DNA of 64,000 nucleotides from an uncultured Acidobacteriota bacterium (GCA_963820855.1 CAWGBY010000012.1:67963-131962), one strand, 5' to 3'; shown: positions 19,148-30,836, counted from the first letter of the stretch. The notes: generated from the sequence alone by a model not told the origin. Made by a program: numbers and translations.

Positions 19148-20136
19148 CAGGGAAACCTCGCAAGGCGGGTCCGGGCGAGCAGGAGCTCCAGAACGAGGAA
19201 GAGGAGCGCCGCGGTCATGAACCGCGGGGCGAGCTCGGTGTACCGCACGTACTGCACCTGCTCGATCTCCGTCCGCTCGAGACTGTCGATCTCGGAGTAC
19301 ACCGCCTTCAACGATTCGGCGTCCCGGGCGCGGAAGAAACGACCCCCGGTCGCATCCGCGATCTGCGTGAGGTTCTCCTCGTCGATCGGGATCTCGACGT
19401 TCTGGTAGACCACGCCGTAGAGCGGGTCGCGAAAGGGAAACGGAACGAGGCCCCCTCGGCCCACGCCGACGGTATAGATCTTGATGCCGAACGTCTTCGC
19501 GAGGCGCGCCGCGGTGAGAGGATCGATCTCCCCCGCGGTGTTCTCGCCGTCGGTGAGGAGGATCATCAGCCTGGATTTGGCGTCGGAGTCTTTGATCCGG
19601 TTGACGCCGGAGGCGATGGCGTTTCCGATCGCGGTGCCGTCGGGGACGATTCCGATCGCGACGTCTTCGAGCTGTGTCAGCAGGATGTCGTGGTCGAGCG
19701 TCAGAGGGGTCTTGGTGAGGGCGTGCCGCGCGAAGACCACCATCCCCAGACGATCGTTGTCCCGCTTCTGGATGAAATCGGCCACCACCTCCTTCGCGAC
19801 ATGGAGGCGGTTGTTCGGCCGGAAGTCCTCGGCCAGCATGCTGCTCGAGACGTCGATGACGAGCATGATGTCGACGCCCTCGGCCACGATCTCTTCACCG
19901 GCCGCGCCCTTCTGCGGACGGGCGAGGGCGATGACGAGGAGCGCCACCGCGAGCAGGCGGAGAGCGAAGGGAAGCCACGCCAGCTTCGTCCAGAACGAGG
20001 GAGTCAGTGCCGCGAGCGAGGACAGCGCGGAGAAGCGAAGCGCGGGCTCGCGCCCGCGGCGCCGGATTCGCCAATAGACGAGAGCCGGAACCAGGAGGAG
20101 AGCGAGGAGGCACCACGGATAGGCGAAACGGCTCAC
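19147..20136 (-). CDS. batA: VWA domain membrane protein (BatA-like)
   Basis: Intact 329-aa ORF starting at GTG (GTGA overlap with the upstream stop). It has TM helices plus a vWA domain (IMLVIDVSSSM .. LLTDGENT) and a C-terminal TM. Confidence 0.8.
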   Translation of the reverse strand: MSRFAYPWCLLALLLVPALVYWRIRRRGREPALRFSALSSLAALTPSFWTKLAWLPFALRLLAVALLVIALARPQKGAAGEEIVAEGVDIMLVIDVSSSMLAEDFRPNNRLHVAKEVVADFIQKRDNDRLGMVVFARHALTKTPLTLDHDILLTQLEDVAIGIVPDGTAIGNAIASGVNRIKDSDAKSRLMILLTDGENTAGEIDPLTAARLAKTFGIKIYTVGVGRGGLVPFPFRDPLYGVVYQNVEIPIDEENLTQIADATGGRFFRARDAESLKAVYSEIDSLERTEIEQVQYVRYTELAPRFMTAALLFLVLELLLARTRLARFP

Positions 20137-21076
20137 GCGATGGCCCTCTCCGGCTCCGGCGCGGGGCGCGTCTTCTGAATCCAGGAATGGGAAAGCTGGA
20201 GCGTTTCCTCCGCGTGCGCCGCCTCGGGCAGGAACTTCGCGAACTTCACCAGATCCGAGGCGTCCAGAATGGATCGCAGCTCGGAGACGGTTCCCGCCGT
20301 CAGCTTCTTTGGTTTGAGGTCGAAGAGCACCTCGGACGTCGTTCGCTCCAGGTAGGGCACGTCGAATCGCCTGCCCGCATATCGCTTCATGACCTCGGAC
20401 AGCTCCGTGTAGAACGCGGCGAGCTCGCCTTTTCTTATCAAGCCCTTTTCCGCGAGCCGTTTCAGAGCGGCCTCCGCTTCGACGTCGGGAGGCGGGAGCG
20501 GAGGTGCCGCGACTGAGATGATCGCGCCTTCGGGCTCCTTCCGGAGCTTCCTATAAATAAGATAGGCGACGAGGGCGGCGAGAAGGGCGAGAAGAAGCCA
20601 TCCGAGGAGCCGGAAGTCCCTCGGGACCACGAGGTCCACCGGCTCCTTGATGTCGTGAATCTCGGTCACCTCCGGCGTGAGGGAAGTCACGAGCGACACG
20701 GGTATGGCGTCGGTCGAAAGCGACTCGATCTTGCCCGCCTTCCTGGTACTGAACGGAGAGCGCCGGAATCTCGACTTCCCCGGGAAGCTGGTACGCCGCG
20801 AGTCGAAACTGGAGACGGGTTTCGGTCGGGCTCACCTTCTCCTCCGTCCGACCGATGACGTCGAAGGGCGCGAACGCGGTGTCCGGAGGCGCCACGTAGC
20901 GTCCGTCCGGCGGATGGCGAAGAACGAGCGTCAAAGTCACGTCCTCGCCCACCTGCACCTGGCTCTTGTCGACGCTCGCGGCGACCGACCAGGCCACGGG
21001 TCCTTCCGGAACCGCGGGAGCCTCACCGCTCCCGCAGGCCGCGAGAAGAAGGATAGAGCGCGAGGAGCTTCTTCAT
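20133..21076 (-). CDS. Lipoprotein with a BatD-like N-terminal beta domain fused to a TM + DUF4381-like C-terminal region; frame-broken twice
   Basis: Reconstruction: MKKLLAL|SILLLAACGSGEAP..AWSVAASVDKSQVQVGEDVTLTLVL..ALSVQYQE|AGKIESLSTDAIPVSLVTSLTPEVTEIHDIKEPVDL..LLGWLLLALLAALVAYLIYRKL..DASDLVKFAKFLP... There is a lipobox LLAAC. Breaks are at ~21055 and ~20745. ATGA overlap with the DUF58 stop. Confidence 0.6.
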
Positions 21077-21958
21077 CGCCGCAGCCGCCTCGAGCGCATC
21101 TGGAAGAACCGCAGAAGCGGACGGTCGTAGGAAACGGACGTGTCGACGTCGATGACATCGATGCCCATCCCGCGCGAGCTCGTCGTGCCGAAGTCGCGCT
21201 CTCTCGAGAGGCGTCTCGATGAAACGCGCTCATCGCCTTTCGATCGGACGTATCGACGAGCAGGCGCCGACCGCTCTCCGCGTCCTCGAGCTCGACGCAG
21301 CCCGACGCCGGGAATCTCCGCCTCGGCCGGATCGGAGATAAAGATGGAGATCAGGTCGTGCTTCTTCGACGCGACGGCGAGCGGCTTCTCGAAGCCCGCA
21401 TCGAGGAAGTCGGAAAGGAGGAAGACCACGGCTCGCTTCCGGGTGACTGCGGTTCAAGTACTCGCAGGCGCGCGCGAGGTTGGTTCCGCGACCGCGCGGC
21501 TCGAAATAGAGGAGGTCGCGGATCACCCGGAGCACGTGCGATCGTCCCTTCCTCGGCGGCACGTACATCTCGACGTCGTCGGTGAAGACCAGCGCCCCGA
21601 CGCGATCGTTGTTCCGGATGGCGCTGAACGCGAGAAGCGCTCCGATCTCCGCGGCGAGCTCCCGCTTGAAACGGGAGCGGGTCCCGAAATCCGCGGAGCC
21701 GCTCGCGTCGAGCATCAGCAGCACGGTGAGCTCGCGCTCCTCGGTGAATTTCTTGACGTGAAGAGCGCCGGTCCGCGAGGTCACGTTCCAGTCGATGGTG
21801 CGGATGTCGTCCCCCATCTGGTACTCGCGCACCTCCGCGAACTCCATCCCGCGGCCCTTGAAGATGCTGTGGTACTCCCCGGCGAGGGCGTCGGTCAGAA
21901 GCCGCCGGGTCTGGATCTCGATCCGCCGGACTTTCTCGAGAACTTCGCGGGAGAGCAT
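21073..21958 (-). CDS. DUF58 family protein (MoxR-associated, vWA-like); up to four frame breaks
   Basis: [71 protein letters not shown].. | [26 protein letters not shown] | [24 protein letters not shown] | [19 protein letters not shown] | [22 protein letters not shown]. Breaks are at ~21445, ~21297, ~21235 and ~21175. Confidence 0.75.
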
Positions 21959-21977
21959 CGTCGTGACCCGGAGAGAT

Positions 21978-22965
<988 letters not shown>

Positions 22966-23026
22966 AAAGCGCCCGGATTATAGCAACGGTTTGACCCCCG
23001 CTACGGGAGGGAGTACCGTAACCACC

Positions 23027-24611
23027 ATGAGAACAGGACTTCTTCTAGGTTTTCTGGCCGTGCCGGCGCTTACGATCGGCGCGGAATCGACCAACCTCGG
23101 AGCCATCGACTTCCCGAACTCGGGCGGGAAGGAGGCCCAGGAGGCGTTTCTCCGAGGCGTCGGCGCGCTCCACAACTTCTGGTACGAGGAAGCGGGAGAG
23201 GCTTTCAAGACGCGCTCAGGAGATCGACCCCGGATTCGCCCTCGCGTACTGGGGAGAGGCGATGAGCTATAACCATCCGCTCTGGTCCGAACAGGACATC
23301 GCCGCCGCGCGCGCTACCCTCTTGCGCCTCGGCGCCAACCGGAAAGAGCGGATCGAGAAGGCTCCTACCGAGCGCGAGCGTCTCTATATGGCGGCGGTCG
23401 AGGAGCTTTACGGCGAAGGGGACAAGCTGGCCCGGGACATCGCGTACGAGAAGGCCATGGCGCAGCTGCACCAGCGCTTCCCCGAGGACGTCGAGGCGGC
23501 CGCCTTTCACGCTCTCTCGCTTCTCGGCACGGTCCGTCCGGGAGAGAAGGGCTTTTCGCGCCAGATGAAGTCCGGGGCCATCGCCCTCGACCTTTTCCAG
23601 AAGCATCCGGACCATCCGGGCGCGGCGCACTATGTGATTCATTCCTTCGATGACCCCGAGCACGCGCCTCTCGCGCTCCCCGCCGCCAATCGGTACGCCG
23701 TGGTCGCCCCCGAGGCCCACCATGCCCTTCACATGCCTTCGCACATATTCCTGCAGCACGGGATGTGGGATCGCGTCGCCCTTTCGAATCAGGCGTCCTA
23801 CGAAGCCTCGGCGAAATGGGTCGAGCGGAAGGGCCTTTCGATCGACAAGCGCGACTACCACAGCCTGCAGTGGAGGGCCTATGCGAACCTCCAGCGCGGC
23901 ATCTACACCGACTCGCTCGAGGCCATCGAGATCGTCGGCGCCGCCGCGAAAGAGATCCAGTCGCAGCGGCTCGAGCGCATCAAGACCACCATGCTCGCGG
24001 CCCACATGATCGAGTCCAATCGCTACCAGGACCTCCCGCTTCCCACGGGAGAACCGGACACGAGCCGGTACAGTTCCACCGCGAACCTGGTCCTCGCCAT
24101 CGGAATGGGCGCGGCGCAGGCGGGCAACGCGGCGAAGACCGCCGAGGCGGCGGAAATCGTGGCCGGGCTCAAGGGAAAGAGCGACGATCCCTACACTCAG
24201 AAAACGTACGCCATCATGGAGCACGAGCTCCGAGGTCTCGCCGCCATGGGTAGAGGAGAGACGGAAGCCGCGCTTCGCGAGCTCGATGAGGCGAGCTCGA
24301 TCGAAGAAACGCTCGATCCGCCTTCCGGCCCCGCCTATCCCTTGAAGCCTTCGCACGAGCTCTATGGCGAAGTGCTCGCTGCCGCGGGCCGGCATCAGGA
24401 CGCGATCCGGGAGTTCCAGACGAGCCTCACCAGAACGCCGAACCGCACCGCTTCCCTTCTGGGTCTCGCCCGCTCGTCGGTCGCGGTCGGTGACACCGAG
24501 GCCGCCGCGCGCGCTTACGAAACCCTCCAGAGGTTTCTCGCGGACGCGAACCCGGACGTCGTCTTTCTCGCGGAAGTGCGCGGGTATCAGCCGTCGACCG
24601 AAGACAAGTAG
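23027..24611 (+). CDS. Secreted TPR-containing protein of unknown function with a His-rich conserved core; frame-broken once
   Basis: MRTGLLLGFLAVPALTIGA..FWYEEAGEAFK | RAQEIDPGFALAYWGEAMSYNHPLW..HPDHPGAAHYVIHSFDDPEHA..APEAHHALHMPSHIFLQHGMW... The break is at ~23208. Confidence 0.6.
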
Positions 24612-24641
24612 CAACAATCGCTCATCCCCGGGAGGGTGAAC

Positions 24642-25671
24642 ATGAAGCTTCGCTTGTTCCTCTTCGCTCTCACGTTCGCGGTTTCGGCCTCGGCCCACGA
24701 GAAAGAGGATCCCGGGGCGGACATGGCGGAGGGCGCCTCACGGCTCCTGCGCTCGCTCACTCCCGAGCTCAAGAGCCAGGCCCTCCTTCCCTTCGATGGC
24801 GACGAGCGCTTCAACTGGCACTACATTCCGCGCGATCGCAAGGGAGTGCCCTTCAAGTCGATGACGCCGGCGCAGCGCCGGCTCGCCGACTCGCTACTGA
24901 CGAGGGGCCTCTCCCATAGCGGGATGAGGAAGGCGCTCGACATCATGTATCTCGATCAGATCCTGTTCGAGCGCGAGCAGAGGGCGATTCGAGATCCGGA
25001 GCTCTACTACATCTCCGTGTTCGGTGAGCCGGGAAAGGCGGGCCACTGGGGCTGGCGGGTCGAAGGGCACCATCTGTCGCTCAACTTCACCCTCGAGGAC
25101 GGACGCATCGTGTCCGCATCACCTTCCTTTCTCGGCGCGAACCCGGCGATCGTGAAAGGCGGCGCGCAGGACGGGATGCGGGTCCTCGCCGAGGAAGAGG
25201 TTCTCGGCCGGGGGCTCCTCGACACTTTCGCCGAGAAGGACCGCGCCCGCGTGATCATTCTCGCGGAAGCGCCTCGCGACATCGTGACCGAGGCTTCCCG
25301 GCGGGCCGAGATCGGAAAGCCTGCCGGAGTCTCCTATCGAAGACATGACGCCGGACCAGAGAAAGGCCGTGCTTCAGGTCGTCTCGTTCTACGCGGAACG
25401 GATGCGCCCCGAGATCGCGCAGGTCGAGATGCGGCGCATCGAAGAAGCGGGCCAGGATGAGATTCACTTCGCGTGGGCCGGCGGCGCTCAAGTCGGTCAA
25501 CCCCATTACTACCGGATCCACGGTCCGACGTTTCTCATCGAGTACGACAACACGCAGAACGACGCCAACCACATCCACACCGTATGGCGGGACCTGGAGG
25601 ACGATTTCGGCGGAGTCGACGTCCTCGCGGACCACTACGTGACCGCGCAACACCACCGCCACGCCGAGTAG
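24642..25671 (+). CDS. DUF3500-like secreted protein; frame-broken once
   Basis: GGGAGGG lies 6-7 nt before ATG 24642. MKLRLFLFALTFAVSASA..ERFNWHYIPR..WGWRVEGHHLSLNF..GVSY | EDMTPDQRKAVLQVVSFYAERM..HYYRIHGPTFLIEYDNTQNDANHIHTVWRD... The break is at ~25340. Confidence 0.65.
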
Positions 25672-25859
25672 CAATCCGGAAAGACGCAAAGCCACGGGGT
25701 GGTGGTCGTTTCCTCTCCGGAGAACTCACGGGGCAGGCGACTTCGGCGACAAGTTATTCGCAGGAAGGCCAGCGGCAAGTGCATCTTGCTATTCGTGAAC
25801 CCGCTCACCCGCGATCTGGAGAAAGGCGCTGAGTTCGTAGTGTTCTAAGGAGGAAGTAA

Positions 25860-26627
25860 ATGGAAGTGGTATTCGATAGGAAGGAAGAGAGCGTGAAGCC
25901 GACCTACGCGACGCTCTTGCTCGACGAGAGCGGCTCGATGGGCAATATCAAGGGCGACGCGATCGGCGGGTACAACGAGTACATCAGCACCTTGCAGAAA
26001 ACGGGGCTGCCGTTTCTCTTCACGCTGCTGAAGTGGGACTCGACGCATCAGACGATCGTGCATCGTGGGATACCGATCGCGGAGGTGCCCGCGCTCACGA
26101 ACGAAACCTACAAGCCGGGGGCATCGACTCCGCTCATCGATGTCTGCGTGAAGGGGATTCGCGCGACCGAGAAGCAGGTCGAAAACAAGGACGTGAACGT
26201 AGCCATCACGATTCAGACGGATGGCATGGAGAACGCGAGCGTCGAGCACACGATGGACGAGCTGAACCAGCTCATCAAAGAGAAGACCGAGAAGGGTTGG
26301 CTCTTCACGTTTCTCGGCGTGGGGATCGACGCGTTCGCTCAGGCTGCAAGGATGGGGATCGCACGGGAGCACGCGCTCGGCTATCAGGTGAAGAAGATCG
26401 GAGCGACATTCGGCAGTGCTGCCAGAGCTGTCGGACGCTACGGAGCAAGTGGTCGGGCGGGAGCTGCGCGCTACACGGCCGACGAGCGCGCCTCTGCCGG
26501 CGATACCTACGACCCGGACGATTCGGTAGTGTCGACGTCAACGCCAACGGTCGCGCCCGCGTATCCAGAGAAGAGCGCGAAGGCGAAGGCGAAACCGGAT
26601 CCGCTCGTCGGCAACATCGAGTTCTGA
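25860..26627 (+). CDS. Stand-alone von Willebrand factor type A (vWA) domain protein
   Basis: Intact 255-aa ORF with a strong RBS (TAAGGAGGAAGTAA-ATG). MIDAS-type motifs are LLLDESGSM and IQTDGMEN. The C-terminal ~60 aa are low complexity (A/S/K/P). Local G+C looks visibly lower than the flanks. Confidence 0.8.
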   Translation: MEVVFDRKEESVKPTYATLLLDESGSMGNIKGDAIGGYNEYISTLQKTGLPFLFTLLKWDSTHQTIVHRGIPIAEVPALTNETYKPGASTPLIDVCVKGIRATEKQVENKDVNVAITIQTDGMENASVEHTMDELNQLIKEKTEKGWLFTFLGVGIDAFAQAARMGIAREHALGYQVKKIGATFGSAARAVGRYGASGRAGAARYTADERASAGDTYDPDDSVVSTSTPTVAPAYPEKSAKAKAKPDPLVGNIEF

Positions 26628-26991
26628 GATGGACTCGATTGTTCGCACGATGCGTTTCATGGGGATTACTCCGCCTTCAATCGTTCCGCCAGGCGATCGC
26701 GGACGCGACTGGCGGAAGCTACCCGCCGCACCGGGACGCTGAGAGATTTCCCATGTCGGACAATTGGTACTGAGGCGATGGCTAGAGCTTCGAGTCGCGT
26801 CCGGGGCTTAGGAGTTCTTTCTCATTCCGATTGCGACGCCGAGATCGAGCCGGAAACGTGCGAGCTCTCGCTGAAAGTCGCCGGGGTCGATCAGGACGCA
26901 AAGAAAGGACGGTCTCTTTGCGCCTTGACTGGCTTGGCGGCTCTGCGTTTTGTTTTGGTTTTGTCGGAAGCCGATTGAGAAGTTGACGATG

Positions 26992-27622
26992 CTAAAATCG
27001 GATTCCCAGGCCGAAGGAGAGCTCCACGTTGTGTAGCCGCGCCTCGGTATTCGGAGAGGCCGATGAGATCCCCGATGATGCCGATACCCACGTCATCGAG
27101 ACCGAACGTGGTCACGTGGTCGCGCACATCGACGCGGAACGAGACCCGCGATGCGTTGACCTTGAGCCCCCCGCCGAAGTTATAGCCGAGCTTCGAACGG
27201 TTGAAGCTCAAGAGATCGGCGATGTCGAAGTCCAGGTAGTGGAGTCCCAGCCCCGCGGTCACGAACGGCGATATCGGTCCCGGCAGGATGATGATCAAAA
27301 CGTTCGCTTCCGTGTAGAGGATGCTCGCGTTCGCCTCGATCAGATCGTCGAAGGCGGCTCCGGTCAGACCCGACGGGCTGTAGATGAGCGAACCTTCGAA
27401 ACCGAAGGGGAAGCCGTACTTTCCGAGGCGGACGCCGAAGAGGGGGCTGTTTTTCACCGCCGTCTCGACGTCGTCGAAATCGAGATCGTCGTTCAGAACC
27501 GAGATGTTTCCCGAGATGCTCGCGCCGAAGACGAACGAGATCTCGCCGTCCGCGCGCGCGCTCGATGCGATCGCGAGCGTGGCGAACGACGCCGTCAGAG
27601 CCGCCAGAATCTTTCTGCGCAT
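26992..27622 (-). CDS. Outer-membrane beta-barrel protein (OmpW/OmpA-barrel-like); frame-broken near the 3' end
   Basis: Signal peptide MRRKILAALTASFATLAIASSARA, alternating beta-strand pattern. After a break at ~27033 the frame ends ..NVELSFGLGIRF*, a typical OMP C-terminal Phe signature. Confidence 0.7.
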
Positions 27623-27683
27623 TCAACCTCCATCGAAAACCGGCACTGGCGCGGACTATAACGTGGAAGGACGAACCCCGGCC

Positions 27684-28124
27684 ATGAAAAAAGTGCTAGG
27701 CTTCGGCATGATATGCGGAAACCCCGACTGTCCTCACGCCGTGAGAACGGGGGAGCCCGCGGAATATCGGGACGGTATTCGAGAGTGCCAGGACTGCGGC
27801 GCGGCTCTCGTCGAGGCCGATACCCTGGCGACGGACACGGTCGCCTACGAAGAGTTCGTTCCCATCCGTGAGATCCTGAACGCCGCGGTCGTTCCTTTCG
27901 TTGCGTCGCTCCTGAGCTCGGAAGGCATCCGTTATTTCATCAAGGGCGAGGGCGTCCAGGATTTCTTCGGCTGGGGGCGGCTCGTATCGGGATTCAACCT
28001 CATCACGGGACCTCCGGTGGTCTACGTCGAGCCGGATCGGGCGGACGAAGCCCGCGATCTCCTGGCCGACGTCGAGGACGCGCCGGAAAGCGAAGGTTCG
28101 CAGGATGGCGACGATACGGCCTGA
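27684..28124 (+). CDS. DUF2007-like putative signal-transducing protein with an N-terminal zinc-ribbon (CxxxxC..CxxC)
   Basis: 147 aa from ATG 27684: MKKVLGFGMICGNPDCPHAV..ECQDCGAALVE..FVPIREILNAAVVPFVASLLSSEGIRYFIKGEG... The acidic tail overlaps the next gene. Confidence 0.5.
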   Translation: MKKVLGFGMICGNPDCPHAVRTGEPAEYRDGIRECQDCGAALVEADTLATDTVAYEEFVPIREILNAAVVPFVASLLSSEGIRYFIKGEGVQDFFGWGRLVSGFNLITGPPVVYVEPDRADEARDLLADVEDAPESEGSQDGDDTA

Positions 28125-28621
28125 AGCGCCGAGCGATCGGGAGTCTGATCTACCGGGTCCACCGTGAAGCGTTCGGAGGCGATTCCGAGTCACGCCTGGT
28201 GGACGCCCTTCGCGCCAGCGCCGCGTTCATTCCCGAGCTCAGTCTGGTCGCGGTCGAAAGCTCGGAGGTCGTGGGGCACATCCTCTTCACTCGACTGACG
28301 GTGCGAGACGCCTCGGATGAGCATCCGGCGCTCGCGCTCGCGCCGATGGGAGTGTTGCCCGCGCGGCAGAACCGCGGGATCGGCTCGGCGCTCGTCCGAC
28401 GAGGCCTCGAGGACGCTCGCGGCCTCGGGCATCGATTGGTCATCGTGCTCGGACATCCGGAGTACTACCCCCGCTTCGGTTTCCAACCGGCGGCGCCTCT
28501 CGGGATTCAGTCGCCGTTCGAAGCGCCGTCCGAAGCCTTTCTCGTGGCGGGTCTCGATTCCGGAGCGCTCGAAGGCGTGCACGGGCGAGTCGAGTACCCA
28601 CCGGAGTTTTTTCAGGAGTGA
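28105..28621 (+). CDS. GNAT family N-acetyltransferase; frame-broken once
   Basis: MATIRPEAPSDRE | LIYRVHREAFGGDSESRLVDALRASAAF..VVGHILFT..LAPMGVLPARQNRGIGSALVRRGLEDARGLGH..GHPEYYPRFGF... The break is at ~28143. Confidence 0.75.
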
Positions 28622-28628
28622 TCCGGGT

Positions 28629-29348
28629 TCACCCCTTGGCGCGGCGCTTCGCCGGCTCGATCTGGAGGAGCTGCCGCGTCGCTTCGTGCTTCGGGCGTGT
28701 GAGCACCTGACGAGGATCGCCTTCCTCGACCACCCTTCCCTCCGCGAGCACGACCACGCGAGTCGCGTAGTCGCGCACGAAGTCGTCGTCATGAGACGTG
28801 AAGACCAGCGTGCGGCCCTGGCTCGAAAGCGCCCGCAGCGCCCTTCCGAGCTCGTTCTGCCGCGCGGGATCGAGCGATGCCGTCGGCTCGTCGAGGAGGA
28901 GGAGCGGGGGGTCGACCGCGAGAGCGCGGGCGATGGCGACTCGCTGCGCTTCTCCTCCCGAGAGCTCGCGCGGAAGCGCCTGTGCGCGATGGCCGACCCC
29001 CATCTGATCGAGGAGCGATTGCGCGCGGGCCTCGGCGTCGGCGCGGGGAGCTCCGAGCACGTGCACCGGAGCGAGCCACACGTTCGCGAGCGCCGAGAGA
29101 TGCTCGAAGAGATAGTGGAACTGGAAGACCATTCCCACCTTCTCCACCTGGATCGACCCCTCGTACGCATCGAGGCCGGCGATGGCGCGAAGGATGGTGG
29201 TCTTGCCCGATCCCGAAAGACCCATGAGCGCCACCATCTCGGAGCGGCGTACCTTCAGATCGACTCCGCAAATCACCTGACGCTGACCGCGATTGAGCCG
29301 GAGCCCCCGGATCTCGAGGACCGTCTCTCCGCCGTTCGTGTCCGTCAT
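28629..29348 (-). CDS. Amino-acid ABC transporter ATP-binding protein
   Basis: 239 aa from ATG 29348 (ATGA overlap with the permease stop). Walker A GLSGSGKTT, signature LSGGEAQRVAIARAL, Walker B LLLLDEPT. Confidence 0.9.
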   Translation of the reverse strand: MTDTNGGETVLEIRGLRLNRGQRQVICGVDLKVRRSEMVALMGLSGSGKTTILRAIAGLDAYEGSIQVEKVGMVFQFHYLFEHLSALANVWLAPVHVLGAPRADAEARAQSLLDQMGVGHRAQALPRELSGGEAQRVAIARALAVDPPLLLLDEPTASLDPARQNELGRALRALSSQGRTLVFTSHDDDFVRDYATRVVVLAEGRVVEEGDPRQVLTRPKHEATRQLLQIEPAKRRAKG

Positions 29349-30836
29349 GATTCCGTGGATGCTTTCCATCGCGATTCGAGACTCCTCGCGAGATGTCCCA
29401 GGGGAAGCGACATCGCGAGGTAGAGCGCCGCGCAGAGGATCCCTGGAATCACCCAGCTCCCGATGTTGGCGGCGAAGATCTGAGTCCTCTTGGTGAGCTC
29501 GACGACCGTCAGGACCGAGACCAGCGACGAATCCTTGAGAAGCGCGACGAAGTCGTTGGTCATCGGCGCGAGGGCCAGCCGGAATGCCTGCGGGCCTCGG
29601 ATCAGGCGAAGGATCTGCATCCGACTGAAGCCGAGGATTCTCGAAGCCTCGAGCTGGCCCCGGGGGACCGCTTCGAGAGCGCTCCGGTAGATCTCGCTCT
29701 CGTAGGCCGCATAGTTCAACCCGAGACCGAGGAGGGCGGCGACGAACGCGGGAAGGCGCACCATGGCGGCGAGGCCGTAATAGATGACGAACAGCTGGAG
29801 CAGCACCGGCGTCCCCCGCATGAGCTCGACGTATCCGGTGAGGACGGTCCGGGTGAGCGGACCTCCGTAGACGCGGCCCGTGGCGATTCCGACCCCGAGC
29901 GCGACGGCGAGCGCCATCGCGAGGCAGGAAAGGGCGAGGGTGACGAGCGCGGCCTCGAAGAGAGACGGGAGGTACTGAAGGGTCATGTCGACCATCCCGG
30001 GTCGCGCCGACGCCGTAGTCCCCTGCGGTTGCCCGGCGACGACGTCGCTTCCCGCGGCGAGGACCCTCGCGTAGAGACCCGGCTGATCGTCGTTCCAGAC
30101 GTTCCACTTGCGGAAGATGGCCTCGAGCCGTCCGTCCGCCATCGCGGCGCGCAGGATCTCGTCGACGCGGTCACGGAGCTCGAGGTTCGAGGGGCCGGTG
30201 ATGACGACGTAATGCCCCACTTCGACCGCTTCTTCCTGAGTGAAGAGGCCCGAGTTCCGGCGCATGGAACGATCCGCGAGCACGTTATCGAGGAGGACCG
30301 CGTCGACCCGGCCGAGGAGGAGGTCCTCGTAAGGATGCACATCGTCGTCGTAGGACACGGCGGTGATGCCGAGCTCGGCTTCCGCCTTCAGCAGGATCTC
30401 GTAGGCGATGGTGCCTCCGAGTGTCGCAATCCTTCGCCCCTGCAGGTCGGGAAGGCTCTGGAACCGATCCCGGTCCGCCTCGCGCACGGTGATGACTTCT
30501 CGGAACTCGTAGTACGGGAACGCTCGCCGCGACCATCGCGCGCCGGCCGGGAGTGTCCTCGATGCCGCAGAGCCCGACGTCGAAATCCCCGCGAATCGCG
30601 GACTGATCGAGCTGCGCGAACGCGACCTGGACGAATTGCGGCGTTCTGCCGAGCTCTCGGGCGATGAGCTCCGCGATCTCGACGTCGAAACCGACGAGCT
30701 TCGTCGGGTCGTCGGGGCTCGCCTCCATGAACGGCGCCCCGCCCTCGGCGTCGCCCCCCCAGCGGAGAACGAGATCCTGAGCCGGAACTCCGCTCGGAGC
30801 GAGGAGCAGAAGGAGAACGAATGGCCTTACTCGCAC
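29345..30836 (-). CDS. Fused periplasmic substrate-binding domain + permease of a polar-amino-acid ABC transporter; frame-broken once
   Basis: GTG 30836: (M)RVRPFVLLLLLAPSGVPAQDLVLRWGGDAEGGAPF..GFDVEIAELIAREL..RAMVAASVP | YYEFREVITVREADRDRFQSLPDLQGRRIATLGGT.., then the permease core ..MRGTPVLLQLFVIYYGL..NYAAYESEIYR..EASRILGFS... The break is at ~30518. Confidence 0.8.

Noticed and set aside
26629-26742. 37-codon ORF (MDSIVRTMRFMGITPPSIVPPGDRGRDWRKLPAAPGR) starting 2 nt after the vWA stop
   Set aside because: It is too short, has no RBS and no recognisable motif, and its composition is not distinguishable from chance in this GC context.
25672-26991. The vWA islet as a mobile element or defence island
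   Set aside because: There are no flanking direct repeats, no tRNA target, no integrase or transposase, and no partner genes (MoxR, kinase, phosphatase, nuclease). Only a modest compositional shift supports horizontal origin, so it is kept as a finding at moderate interest rather than called a mobile element.
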